From Eledone cirrhosa (lineage: Eukaryota): DNA of 64,000 nt. A program made the position numbers and the translations under genes. Position 1 is the first letter of the stretch. Each line of letters starts with the position of its first letter. The stretch covers positions 26,226,001 through 26,290,000 of the forward strand of contig OZ024763.1 of NCBI GenBank assembly GCA_964016885.1. The letters run 5' to 3'. Below are positions 30,366-44,195 of the stretch, piece after piece. The notes under the pieces are model-generated. The model saw only the letters and a program-made list of their open reading frames with translations. It made no database searches and was not told where the DNA came from.

Positions 30366-33084
30366 TCATCATCATCATTTTACGTCCGCTTTTCCCTGCT
30401 TGCAAGGGTGGGACGGGTCTTATTCAGCACAGCATCTCTCCACTCGTCACGGTCCCTCGTCATCTCCACCGTGAGCTTCAATGATCTGAGGTCTGTTCTC
30501 ACCACCTCCGCCCATGTTTTTCGTAGTCTACCTCTACCACGTCTTCCTTCAACTGGCATTTCCTGGCACTTCTTCACCCATCGGTCATCCTCCATGCGCA
30601 TCACATGTCCATACCACCTCAGTCTCCTCTCCCGTACACTACATTCTATCCCTCTCACAGTTTCTCTCTCAACACATTTATGCTGGGTCGTTCACGCACA
30701 TTTACACTGCACATCCAACGGAGCATGCTTGCCTCATTTCTCTCCAGCCGTCGCATATCTTCTGCGGTTGCTGCCCATGTCTCACTACCATGCAGCATCG
30801 CGCTCCTCACACAGGCATCATACAACCGGCCTTTCGTACGCAGGGAGAAACCCTTCTTTGTCAACAGAGGAAGCAGCTCCCTAAACTTCTTCCAACCCGT
30901 CCTTATTCTAGATACTATGGCCTCGGAACACCCTCCTCCCATGCTAATCTGATCTCCTAGGTACCGGAAGCTATCCACCACTTCTATAGCGCCCTCTCGC
31001 ATTTGAAAATGTGTCTATCAGTGCGACTTCTACCGTCTAATTTCCCTGTACATCTACTGCATACATATTTCTCCCTACCTGTTAGTTTGCCTGCTATCCC
31101 GCTACATCTCTTGTGTACCCAGGACCTACATTGTGTGCATTTTATAGAATTTATGCCAGTTCCTTTTCTGCATATCGAACATGGCCATTTCCCTGACGGA
31201 ATCAGGGTTTTGTCCTCTTTTCTACTCATCAACACTTTTGTCTTAGCTAGATTTACTCTCAGTCCTCTTGCTTCCAACTGCTGTTTCCATAGCCGGAATT
31301 TATTCTCTAGCTCCTCTACTGATTCTGCCATAAGAGCCAGATTGTCAGCATAGAGAAGTTCCCATGGACAGCCAGTCTTAAACTCCTCTGTTATGGCTTG
31401 GAGGACTATAATGAACAAGAGCGGGCTGAGGACCGAACCCTGATGTACTCCTACTTGTATCTGGAATTCCTCACTAAACTCCATTCCTACCCTGACTTTA
31501 CTGAGAGTACCTCTGTACAAAGTTTGCACTGTCCTTACAAGCCATTCCTCAACACCCAGCTTCCTTAGGGACCACCAGATGACAGATCGGGGTACCCTAT
31601 CAAAGGCCTTCTCTAGGTCAACAAAGGCTAAGTATAGTGGCTTATTCTTCTCTAAGAACCTCTCTTGCATTTGTCTCACCAAGAAGAGGGCATCTGTTGT
31701 ACTCTTCCCAGGCACAAAACCAAACTGCATCTCATCTAGTTTGACCCTTTCTCTAATTAGTTGTGCTAAAATCCTTTCTGCCACTTTCATAACCTGATCT
31801 ATCAGTTTTATACCCCTATAATTGCTCCTCTCCAAAGCATCCCCTTTACCTTTGTAGCAATTTATGAGAATACTGCTGCACCAGTCTTTGGGTATGACAC
31901 CACCATATATAGCCTGATTGATTATGCGTGCAACCAGTTTAGTGCCTACGTCCCCTGATGCCTTCAGCATCTCAGCAACTATTCCCGATGGTCCGGCCGC
32001 CTTACCATTTTTCATTTCCCTAATCGCCTCTTGGACCCTATATTCGTCAATCTCAATAGCTGGTCCCTCTGTTGGATCTACCAAGGGTAATTTCTCTCTC
32101 TCCCATTCGTTCTCCACATTCATCAGTCTCTCATAATGACATTTCCAGGCCTCCTTTTTCTGGTCATTCATGACACTAAGTACACCGGCATCATCCCGGA
32201 CACATTTATCACCAACAACATCCTGATTTGCATTGACACACTGCCTTGCAATGTTGAACACCACACGCCTCTGATCTTCCCGTCGCAGAACATTGGCAAA
32301 CCTCCTACTCTCTGCCTCCCTGCGTGCTAAGTACACCTGACGTCTAGCTTCTCTCTTAGTGGCTGTATATTCTTCCCTACTCCCACCCTTTTTCCAAGCC
32401 TTCCATGCTAGTCTTTTGTCTCTAATAGCCTTATCTACACTGCTGTTCCACCACCAGGTCACTCTCTGTCTGGTTGGAGCTCTGCTCCAGCCACAGGTTT
32501 CATCAGTAGCCTTCAGCAAGTTGTCACGTAAGAACTTCCAGTTATTATCTATGTCATACGTCTCTAAATCGTCTTCTTTTTCGTCATATACATCTTGAAG
32601 GGCTTTCCTAAATTTGAATTTTAGTGAAAGGTCTTTTAGCTTCCAGACCTTTCTTCTCCACACCTTCCTATATGTCTCATTCCATCTCTTGCTTACTGAG
32701 ATATCACTAACAACTAACCTATGCTGTGGGGTACATTCTTCCCCAGGGTATGCCTTGGTATTAGACACTATCTGCCTGTCCCGCTGCCTAACTAGCAGGA
32801 AGTCAATCTGGCTTATGTGCTCACCAGATTTGTAGGTTATTAGGTGATTGGCAGGTTTCTGGAAGTTTGTGTTGCAAATAATCAATGTACTTGCATCACA
32901 AAATTCAAGAAGTCTCACTCCTTCTTCATTTCTTGAACCGTAACCGTGCCCACCATGTACCCCAGTGTAACCATCCTGGAGCTGTCCAACATGACCATTG
33001 AAGTCTCCTGCTAGCATAACGATGTCTCCGTCCTCTGTCATTGTGGTTGTTTGCAAAAGTTGCTCATAAAAGCAGTCTTTCTCA
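30365..33084 (-). mobile_element. 5'-truncated RTE LINE (family B): partial APE + RT
   Basis: [34 protein letters not shown] and YADN (catalytic Asp mutated). Frameshifts near 31000 and 30657; (GAT)n tail. Confidence 0.95.
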
Positions 33085-33095
33085 TATATATATAC

Positions 33096-33142
<47 letters not shown>

Positions 33143-33143
33143 C

Positions 33144-33188
<45 letters not shown>

Positions 33189-33189
33189 C

Positions 33190-33236
<47 letters not shown>

Positions 33237-33241
33237 CATAT

Positions 33242-33294
<53 letters not shown>

Positions 33295-33369
33295 CATATA
33301 TATATATACATATATATATATATACATATATATATATACATATATATATATATACATATATATATATAC

Positions 33370-33416
<47 letters not shown>

Positions 33417-33451
33417 CATATATATATACATATATATATATATATACATAC

Positions 33452-33488
<37 letters not shown>

Positions 33489-33539
33489 AAATATTAAACA
33501 AATAATGAACAAACAATTCCTTATATTAAACAAAAAAAG

Positions 33540-33694
33540 TTCACTATTTAACGATCGTTTCTAGGGCATATATGTGCTATAATTGGTATGCATATTTAAC
33601 AGATCTATGTACAAAATTATACAAAATTATACAAATTATCAAGATTAAATATACATACCTAACACATATATACGCCGTCTTCAGAAATAATGAA
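33540..33694 (-). ncRNA. Type I hammerhead ribozyme-like motif (inverted pLTR copy)
   Basis: Reverse complement of 38945-39099. Confidence 0.7.
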
Positions 33695-33803
33695 GTATAT
33701 TTATTGATAATAACAACAATTCAAAATATCAGTTCAAAATTGACCAATGAAAACACAAAGGGTTAAAAAGCAGTTTGGTGTGTGTATATACATGTAAAAC
33801 CCT

Positions 33804-35709
33804 TTGGCATTGAGAAGTCCACATTTCAACCTGAAAGATCACAAATCTAACTTTAACTCTAATCCTTCTATTAGACTTATATGTCCCTCCAAATCAGATA
33901 TTGGAATAATTAGCAAAAAAATTTTAGATAGAGTCATCCCACAAATAAGAAAATACGTTATTTTACCACTCTGGGAAAACACCTCCCAGGTAATTAATTG
34001 GTTTAAAAATATTAGGTGTAAATCTTCTGCTTCTTTCCTACAGTTTGATATAGATAACTATTATTCTTCTATATCACCCATACTCCTGAACAAAGCATTA
34101 ATATTTGCTAAAAATAGATCTAATTTAACTTCGGATGACATTAACATTATTACACATGCTAGACAAACACTTATTGAATTTCAGAATGAATACTGGACCA
34201 GAAACACTTATAGTAATCTTTTTGATATTACTATGGGTTCAAGCGATTCTGCCCAAATTACTGATCTTGTGGGCCTCTTTCTCCTTTTCAACATAAATGC
34301 CTCTTTTCCCCACCTCAAAGGTGGTTTATATCGTGATGACTGTCTTCTTCTTTCTAACAACCTTAGCCTTTCAGAAATCGAAAAAAACAAAAAGCATATT
34401 AGAACTTTCCTTAAGGACTATTATAATCTTAATATTACTTTTGAAAAAACAAGTAAAGTAGTAAATTTCCTAGATATAACTTTAGATTTAGCTACGGGTA
34501 TATACCAACCTTACCATAAACCTAACCAAAACTTACATTACATACACTCACAATCTAATCACCCTAAATCTATCCTTAAAAACCTTGCATATAATATATC
34601 ACTTAGAATTTCTAACCTTTCTTCTAACCAAGATGTATTTGATAAAAATGCGACCTTTTATAATGAAGCTCTAGATAGAAGTGGCCACAAAAATAGATTA
34701 GAGTATATAACTTCTACTAAAAATACTGAAAACATACAGCATAATATTACCAACAAACACCAAATGAAAGGTACACACCTAAATGCCACCCACAGTATAC
34801 CCCAAAATACTAAATCTTCTAATATAAAGTATAGTAACCCTCAAAAAACTACTCATCATAAGACTATAATAAATATTAATAATAAAACTCCTAATAAAAA
34901 AGATAAAACACCTAAATCTACAAATATAACTAAAAATAGTTGTGGTGAGATCATTAACATTATTCCTCCTAGTAAAAATCATGATACAACATATAAAAAT
35001 AATAAAAATAATAAACAACATAGAAACCGTAATAGACGAGTTACTTGGTATAATGCTCCTTTTAATTTACAAGTTAAGGATAATATTGCTAAAAAATTTT
35101 TTTATATCCTTGAGAAAAACTTCCCGCCAAACCACAAATACCATCAAATCTTAAATAGGTCTACAGTTAAATTCTCATATTCTACAACAAATAACATAAA
35201 ACAAAATATAAGTGCATATAATGCATATAAATGTACATCAAATTAACAATAATATCTCCTCAAATACAGAATTAACGAAAGGATGTAACTGTAGAAACAA
35301 AACAAACTGCCCATTAAAAGGGAATTGTCTTGTTAACAACATAGTCTATAAATGTAATGTTAAAACTAAAGATTCTATTTGCTCATATATAGGAGCTACC
35401 TCTAACAATTTTAAGACAAGGTATAATACCCACAAACATAGCTTTAAAAATGCCGCACTGGCTAATACAACATCTCTAGCAGAAAAAATCAATAGTTATA
35501 AAAATAAAAATATAAAATATGATTTGACCTGGAGTGTGCTCAAAAGAGCCACCCCTTATCAAAATAATAGAAAGGAATGTAGATTATGTTCCCAAGAACT
35601 ATTTGAAATAATGAAGTCTAGGGATATCTTATTAAATAAAAGACAGGAATTAATTATATCGTGTAATCATAAACTAAAAAAAACATTTAAATATTATAAA
35701 CCTAATTAA
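33804..35709 (+). pseudogene. Penelope-like RT plus C-terminal GIY-YIG endonuclease (5'-truncated, one frameshift near 35240)
   Basis: LKDHK..RLICPSKS, FDIDNYYSSI, TMGS, LYRDD, FLDITLDL and YHKPN, then CNCRNKTNCPLKGNC, IVY..YIG..FKTRYNTH and CRLC. Confidence 0.92.
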
Positions 35710-37398
35710 TAACATTATTCTAGAATTTAATTTAATTTAAATGTTAGTTAACCTATAAATTTAATTTAATTAATATTTTATTACAGATGAGAAAATATTA
35801 TGTAATCATTAATTTTGAAAAACCTTTAAATATTACTAATATATATTCAGTAATTTAATTTATAGATTAATTTTAACTTATTTTAACCTTTTATTATAAT
35901 TTTTTAATTTAGTTTAACCTTTTATTATAAAATTTTTTTTTTTTTATTATAATTCTTTTACAGATAAAATATAACAAAATAATATCATGTATCCTATGAC
36001 GGAGAAAGAATTTTTAGTATTATTGACCTAATTAATATACATTTTGGAAATATATTTATTATTTGGTTTTAGCTTTAATCAACCTAAAACTTTAATTTTA
36101 ATTTTAATTTGCTTAAAATTAGTATCCTTGTACAGACGAATTGCAGAATTTCATGTAATCATAGAATGGGAGGTGTTTTTGGATATATACCTAGTTAATA
36201 TATTCTGTGCAAATTTTTTGGAAAAGATATGTATATCTATATGTATATGTATATGTGTGTATTGTATGTGTATCTGTATGTATATTTATGTGACTATATA
36301 TGTATGTATGTGTGTATATATATGTATATATATATATATATATGTGTATGTATATGTATATGTATGTGTATGTGTATGTATATGTATGTGTATGCGTATT
36401 AATTTTGATTTTTATTTGCATATAATTATATTATGCTATTGATGAAATACAATATCTGCTTTATGTATTGTATACCTAATTAACATATACTAATTAACAT
36501 ATACTATTGAAATAAATATATAATTTTTAACTTAGTTAACATATAATTTATATGCTACTACCGATGTAATACTTTATTTTATTTTTATTTGGGTTTCTTT
36601 TCCCTATTATTAACTTTAATTTAGTTATAATGTAATTAATAATCTACTACTGTTTGACTTCATAATTCTGCTTCAAATATTATAAACATAACTAATTTAC
36701 ACCTTGGAAATCAATATGTTGACTATCTTTGGTTTAGTTGACATATGATTAATGGTATACTTTTTTATTTTGTGATGCATAGATTTCGTATTTCCTAGCA
36801 TTGAAAATATGTAAGAACATACATTGAATTAAGATATGGAAAATATTATAGGTTTCTTGAAACATATATTTACTTTGATCCCCTTCTCCAAACCCCCCCC
36901 TTTCCCCCATACTATTATCATCTGTTTTTGTAAGTGTATATGTATGAATTTGGGTAGATGGGTGTCTATATAGTTTTTTTTGGTATTTATTTCTAGATAT
37001 AAAAATACATATATGAGCATGTAAATATGAATGTAAGATTGAGTGTGTATATATGATTGTACATACATATGTATGTATATGTATGTGTATATATATGTAT
37101 TATATATGTACGTGTATGTGAATGTGTGGTATATATATGTGTAGGTATATGTATATATGTGTGCGTATGTGTATGCTTGTATATAGGAATATATATGTGT
37201 GTATATATGTATATATGTATATGCGTGTTTGCATGTATGTGTATATGGGTTCTGTATATATTTGTATGTCTCTCTATTTATATGTTTATCTTAGTATCTA
37301 TGTGATATATGTGTGTGTGTGTGCATGTATGCATATGTATGTGTTTGTGTGTGTTTGTATGTGTGTGTGTATATATATGTATGTATTTGCGCACACTC

Positions 37399-37438
<40 letters not shown>

Positions 37439-37526
37439 GAGTATGTATGTGTGTCTGTATGTGTGTGCGTGTGTATATATGTGTATATATATATATATGT
37501 GTATGTATGTGTATGTGTGTGTATAT

Positions 37527-37570
<44 letters not shown>

Positions 37571-37709
37571 ATATAGGTGTCTATGTGTGAATATATGTCT
37601 TTATTCGTATGTGTGTATTTATATATGTTTATATTTAGGTGTATGTATGTATGTGTATGTATGTATGTATATGTATGTGTATGTATGTATATGTGTATAT
37701 GTGTGTATA

Positions 37710-37740
<31 letters not shown>

Positions 37741-37976
37741 TATTCTTTATTATTATTGTAATATAACTTATGTGTATATGTGTATAAGTGAGGTTGTGTA
37801 TGTATATATACTATGTGTATATATAAGGGTAATGAAATGTATATATATATATATATATATATATATGTGCATGTCTGTATTTTATGTGTGTGTGTATATA
37901 TATATGTATGTGTATGTGTGTATATATGTATGTATATATGCATATATGTGTACGTGTGTGTATGTTTATATATGTA

Positions 37977-38014
<38 letters not shown>

Positions 38015-38125
38015 TGGATGTTTGTATGTGTTTTCATGGTGGTATGAGTGTGGGATATATATGTTTATGTATAAGTATATGTATGTGTATGTATATATAT
38101 ATGAGTCTATGTGTGTGTGTGTATA

Positions 38126-38176
<51 letters not shown>

Positions 38177-38944
38177 ATGTGTGTATGTGTTGCGCGTGTG
38201 TGTGTCCGTATTTTTATCTTTTTATATGTGTATGTGTATGTTCGTGTAAATGTATGTGTGTGTATGACAGTATAGGTATGTGTGTATGTATGTATGTGTA
38301 GATATCTCTATGTGCGCGTACATGTACGTATGTGTATGTATATCTGTATGCGTATGTACATTATATTATATGTAATATATTTTATTGTTTTTATTTTTTT
38401 ATTTTTCATAATTTATAGATACATTTATATTAGGCTGTCTGTCTGACAACCTAATACTGACCCCTCCCCCCCCCTCCCACCTAATTTCTGTATCTTGATC
38501 TTGAAATGTGTGTACCAGTGTGTTTATGTGAGTGACTTAATTTCTATTTGCTTATGATTTTATATCCACATATATAAATGTGAGTGGGGGGTGTGGGTGT
38601 GTTTGTGTGTTCGTGGTTATGTGTATATTTATATATATACGCACATGTATGTGTGATTATACTGATATGTGTGAGTATGAAAAAAATATATTTATATGCT
38701 TGACTACATAAGTATCATTGCGTTTCTTATCAGCGCATTAAGCTTACAGAGATATTAACCTTGAAATTTTTTATTTGCATCCATCTTTTTAGTATGCACA
38801 TACATATTATACACACATTATTGTAAAATGTGTGTAGGGTTTTACATGTATATACACACACCAAACTGCTTTTTAACCCTTTGTGTTTTCATTGGTCAAT
38901 TTTGAACTGATATTTTGAATTGTTGTTATTATCAATAAATATAC

Positions 38945-39099
38945 TTCATTATTTCTGAAGACGGCGTATATATGTGTTAGGTATGTATATTTAATCTTGA
39001 TAATTTGTATAATTTTGTATAATTTTGTACATAGATCTGTTAAATATGCATACCAATTATAGCACATATATGCCCTAGAAACGATCGTTAAATAGTGAA
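38945..39099 (+). ncRNA. Type I hammerhead ribozyme-like motif with extended stem II
   Basis: TTCATTATTT-CTGAAGA-[~116 nt hairpin]-GAAAC-GATC-GTT-AAATAGTGAA gives a 10-bp stem I and a palindromic stem III. Confidence 0.72.
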
Positions 39100-39384
39100 C
39101 TTTTTTTGTTTAATATAAGGAATTGTTTGTTCATTATTTGTTTAATATTTTATCTTGACTCTGTATACCGTTTATCTTTCACCGAAATTGGATTTTCATT
39201 ACATCTCTTCTTTCCATGATATCCGGAATACATTGAGTTCTTCATACGGATTGGACACTACCGTAAACTCTTGGTAGATTTATCTACATATATATATATA
39301 TATATATACATACATATATATATACATACATATATATATATACATACATATATATATATACATACATATATATATATACATACA

Positions 39385-39416
<32 letters not shown>

Positions 39417-39457
39417 CATATATATATATATACATACATATATATATATATACATAC

Positions 39458-39896
<439 letters not shown>

Positions 39897-39946
39897 CATA
39901 CATACATACATACATACACACATACACACATACACACATACATACA

Positions 39947-39994
<48 letters not shown>

Positions 39995-40039
39995 CATACG
40001 ATATTAAATAAATGGAAACTATATTTATAAAACCATATT

Positions 40040-40105
40040 TATTTCATTATATATATTTCAGGGATATCATATTAAAAATATGGTATGCCTTCTTCAGACA
40101 AAATA
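40040..40105 (-). ncRNA. Type I hammerhead ribozyme-like motif
   Basis: Minus strand TATTTTGT-CTGAAGA-AGGCATACCATATT(TTT)AATATGATATCCCT-GAAA-TATATATA-ATGAAATA. Confidence 0.72.
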
Positions 40106-40336
40106 CAATATAAACAGTCTTATAAATAGATAGATTTGACATACCTTACGACTTCAACTTCCATTTAAAAAGTTGATTTGGTAGTGAAAAATGTTAGGGA
40201 CAGTTATAAAAAAAAAGAAAGAAAAAACGAAGAAAAAGAAGAAATGCATGCAACTAAATAGAGAGAGATAGATATAGAGAGATAGATAGAGAGAAGAAAT
40301 TCATGTAAAGAAATAGAGAGAGAAAAAACACAGAGG

Positions 40337-40374
<38 letters not shown>

Positions 40375-40727
40375 TAGAGAGATATAGATAGAGATAGAGA
40401 GAAAGAAAATAGGTAGTTGGGCACCAGTTGAATGACGTATCAATGATATATTTATTTATTTATTTATTTATTTATTTAGTTCTAGTATTAAGGTAGAGAG
40501 AGATATATGTGGTTAGGAGAGAAAACAGCCGTTACAGAAAAGAAAAATATCCAGACATAAACGAGGCAGATTTAAAACATTATGTTTCATCAATGTAAAA
40601 ATATCAATTCGTATGAATTAGGTATTATAATGTAAATATCAGTATTCATGAATGAGACACGTATCAATAATGTGTGAAAAATAATGATCATATGTCTAGT
40701 TTAAAATTCCTAGGTTTATATCAGAGT

Positions 40728-40962
40728 TGAGATAAAAAACTGAGATAAAAAACTGAGATAAAAAACTGAGATAAAAAACTGAGATAAAAAACTGAGATAA
40801 AAAACTGAGATAAAAAACTGAGATAAAAAACTGAGATAAAAAACTGAGATAAAAAACTGAGATAAAAAACTGAGATAAAAAACTGAGATAAAAAACTGAG
40901 ATAAAAAACTGAGATAAAAAACTGAGATAAAAAACTGAGATAAAAAACTGAGATAAAAAACT
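40728..40962 (+). repeat. Perfect 13-bp tandem repeat (TGAGATAAAAAAC), ~18 copies, in the PLE 3'UTR
   Basis: Direct reading of the sequence. Confidence 0.95.
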
Positions 40963-42477
40963 TCAAAAAAAAAAATTGAAATACATAAGTATATATGCAC
41001 TTTCATGAACAAAGAAAAAAGAAAAAGAAAAAGAAAATAGAAGGTTATCCCAGATTCGATACTATAGACTTCCATGTGAATTTACGTGATCAACTCTGCA
41101 AATTCCTATTTCACATGAAAACATTCTCATTGTGCTATAAAAATTCTAGTATACATATATGTGTACATACACACAAATATATATAGAATCTACATTAATT
41201 TTAACAATACTATTCTTGTCTTTACTCTACATGATTATCGTTCAAGCATAAATAGATAACAGATATCAATATATCAATAAAAATATCAAAAAATTAAAAA
41301 ATATTAAAAATAAAACACAGTATGCCCCGCAAATCAACCACAGAGATCAACCCTTCAAAAATTAATTGACAATATATTGCCAAGTTCATTATAAGCATCA
41401 GAATCAAAAGCAAACAAAACCAAAATTATTTACCAAATCCTGTCTAGCAGAAATCATTCCAAAAGTTTAGGATACCCATTTGATCTACAGATGGTCTTAT
41501 ATTTATTATAGAAGTTTATCTAGTGTAAAATTTATTCGATATATTTGGAGCATCAGCTTTTAGGGTAGTTTAATTATTCATGAAGAATGTTTAAAAAAAA
41601 GAAGAAATCGAAAGATTTATCGGCGAGTTTCATAAATAATTATAAATCAAATTAAATATACTACATTTTAAATTTATATTTATATTTAAAGGTTGAGTTC
41701 AATCTATGTCTGCAGCAACTGAATAAATTTGTCCGTAAATTAAGGGAATTTTTAGATTTTAGTATAAAGAATATCTCCTCCGCGCAGAGGTCACATGTCT
41801 CAGAGGATGAATTAAAAGGAATCCCTCTTGAGACTATATTCCAAGCCGTCGAATATCCAACGTTATCATGCTTAAGTTGCCAGAGTAAGCCTGATAGTGA
41901 TGTTGAAGATTTTTTTGCTTGGATCTGTGAAAGAATTCTTGTGGTTATTATAGCGAAGTTTAAATTCTGTCGAGGTGGAACCAACATAGTTAAAAGAATT
42001 TAAGTCCGTTTTAACATTACAGTTGTATATTATATTTTTAACTAAGCAATTGTTATTTAACGGACATTTAGATCTATCTCTACAGTTACATTTGTTTACT
42101 TGGATATTATTTATGCTATTATCAGTATTTTGGCTAGGTTTTAAATTCCTATTATTTATTCTATTAATATTTTGTGCTAAATTTTTGGTGGATGAGTAAG
42201 TTAATTTTATAGTATGTCTATTGAAAATTGAGTGATACCTATGTGTTCTAGGGAAGCGATTATCAAGAGCATTAAAAAATAGTTTAGCGATGTGGGTTTT
42301 AATGTTTAGTGAGAAAGGGGGGGCAAACCATATTATATTCCTAGTTCTATTTCTTTTTTGGCTTTTGGAATTATTGTAATGCTTTCTATTATAGTTGTTA
42401 AAGTTGTTGCCGTAATTAAAATTGTTGTTATTTTGGTTAGTTTGTCTATTATTATCTATGTACATAATGTACATAAA

Positions 42478-42668
42478 AGGGCGGTGGATTGGCAGTATCG
42501 GTAGAGGGTCGGACGCCATGCTTTCCAGCATAGTTACGTCCCTTTATGATCTGAGTTCAAATCCCGCCGAGGTTGACTTTGCCTTTCATCCTTAGGGGGT
42601 CGATAAAATAAAGTACCAGTAATGCACTGGGTAATTGCTGGCCTTGTGCCTAAAGTAGAAACAATTAT
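42478..42668 (+). mobile_element. SINE family 2 inserted in the PLE ORF with an 18-bp target-site duplication
   Basis: ATTATCTATGTACATAAT at 42451-42468 and 42664-42681. Confidence 0.9.
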
Positions 42669-43377
42669 CTATGTACATAATTTTATCACTATATCCTGCT
42701 CTAGCTAACGCTTCATTGTAATACTGGGCTTTTTCGTCGAAAATATTTTTATTAGATGAGATTCTAGAGATACGTTTTTGAACAGAGTTCACTATAGTAT
42801 TTTTGACAGATCTGGGGTGGTTAGAGTTAAAACTGACATAGTTTAAGTTTTCATTCAACTTGTGAAATGGATAGTGAAGACATGTGTTGAGATTTAATGT
42901 TACATCTAGGAAATTGACTATTCTATGGTTATTCTCAATTTCTATTTTTAGATTAAAGTAATTAAAAAATTGTGTAATTTGTTTTCTTTTTCTATTTAGT
43001 TCAGAGTTATTATTTTCAATAAGTAAAAGCATGTCATCTCTATATAAACCTCCGGTAGCACCGGGTATTTTCCTATGCAGCGAATTGATTATAAATACAT
43101 ACATATATATATATATACATACATATATATATACATACATATATACATATATATTTATATATATATATTTATATATATATATACATATATATTTATATAT
43201 ATATATTTATATATATATACATATATATATACATACATATTTATATATATATACATATATATATACATACATATTTATATATATATACATATATATATAC
43301 ATACATATTTATATATATATACATATATATATACATACATATTTATATATATATACATATATATATACATACATATT

Positions 43378-43441
<64 letters not shown>

Positions 43442-44135
43442 TACACATTGAAGTTAGTGGTTCAACATTGGATAGAACTTTTCATTCGGTGTAGTTAACC
43501 ATGATGGAATAGTATGAAAGCACTCAACGTGACGCAACTCAATCATCTTTGTTGTAAGATTCTGTTGGTGGTGCATGGATGGAGTTAAACATTATTGAAT
43601 AAAGTGACAGGAGGCAGTAAGTCTAAGGGATCGGATGTAGGCTGCCCCCAAATCAAGCATTTTTATTTTTATCTTTATTTTTGTCTCTGTGAACACAACC
43701 TGTGTTCATCATGTTATACAAAACACCTGATAATGTCACTGGAATCTTACTGGTTGTTGAAATATATATATAGTGCCTCCAGAATAAAATCTTTCCTGCC
43801 TCCTGTCGCTTTATTCAATAATATATATACACAAATGACTAACAAATAGTTTATCGCGCTACATGGCTGAATACAATAAAGGTAATCTGAGTTTTTCAAA
43901 TATTAATAATAATATTTGATTTGTTTGCAATTATGCAAACAGCCTCTACTGTAATATTAAAGTGGAGAGATGCTGTGCTGAATAAGACCTGTCCCACCCT
44001 TGCAAGCAGGGAAAAGCGGACGTAAAATGATGATGATGATGATATATATAAACAATGAGTTATATGGTTTGTTGATTATCATTCAGTGGAATATTATTAA
44101 TTTTAACAATATAAATAAATGGAAAATATCGTATT

Positions 44136-44195
44136 TATTTTATAATACATATTTCAAGGGCACAAAATTTTAGTGTGCTTTCATCAGATAAAATA
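44136..44195 (-). ncRNA. Type I hammerhead ribozyme-like motif in a solo PLE 3'-end fragment (~44050-44345)
   Basis: Minus strand TATTTTAT-CTGATGA-AAGCACAC..TGTGCCCTT-GAAA-TATGTATT-ATAAAATA. Confidence 0.72.

Larger units (their letters stand above)
33486..39288 (+). mobile_element. Penelope-like retroelement (Naiad-type), 5'-truncated, with inverted 318-bp pseudo-LTR, inserted in (TA)n
   Basis: RT + GIY-YIG ORFs. 33486-33803 is the reverse complement of 38836-39153, and there is a 135-bp 3' tail ending ATCTACA before TA repeats. Confidence 0.92.
39998..43095 (-). mobile_element. Second Penelope-like (Naiad-type) element, 5'-truncated, interrupted by a SINE
   Basis: GGLYRDD, FLDVTLNL, NHPRS, IIWFAPPF, CNCRDRSKCPLNNNC, IIY..YVG..FKLRYNNH and CDLC. 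Hammerhead motif at the 3' end; TA flanks. Confidence 0.88.

Noticed and set aside
33085-33533. N-terminus of the 849-aa ORF
   Set aside because: This is read-through from PLE pLTR and TA tract into a 5'-truncated RTE, not a real fusion protein.
33572-33766. Identical 64-aa ORFs at 33572 (+) and 38873 (-)
   Set aside because: They are a by-product of the inverted pLTR, antisense to the hammerhead, with no protein features.
35212-35709. Selenocysteine (in-frame UGA) recoding, reported for some Naiad PLEs
   Set aside because: The Cys-motif positions are ordinary TGT/TGC codons in both elements, and the ORF break is a frameshift, not UGA.
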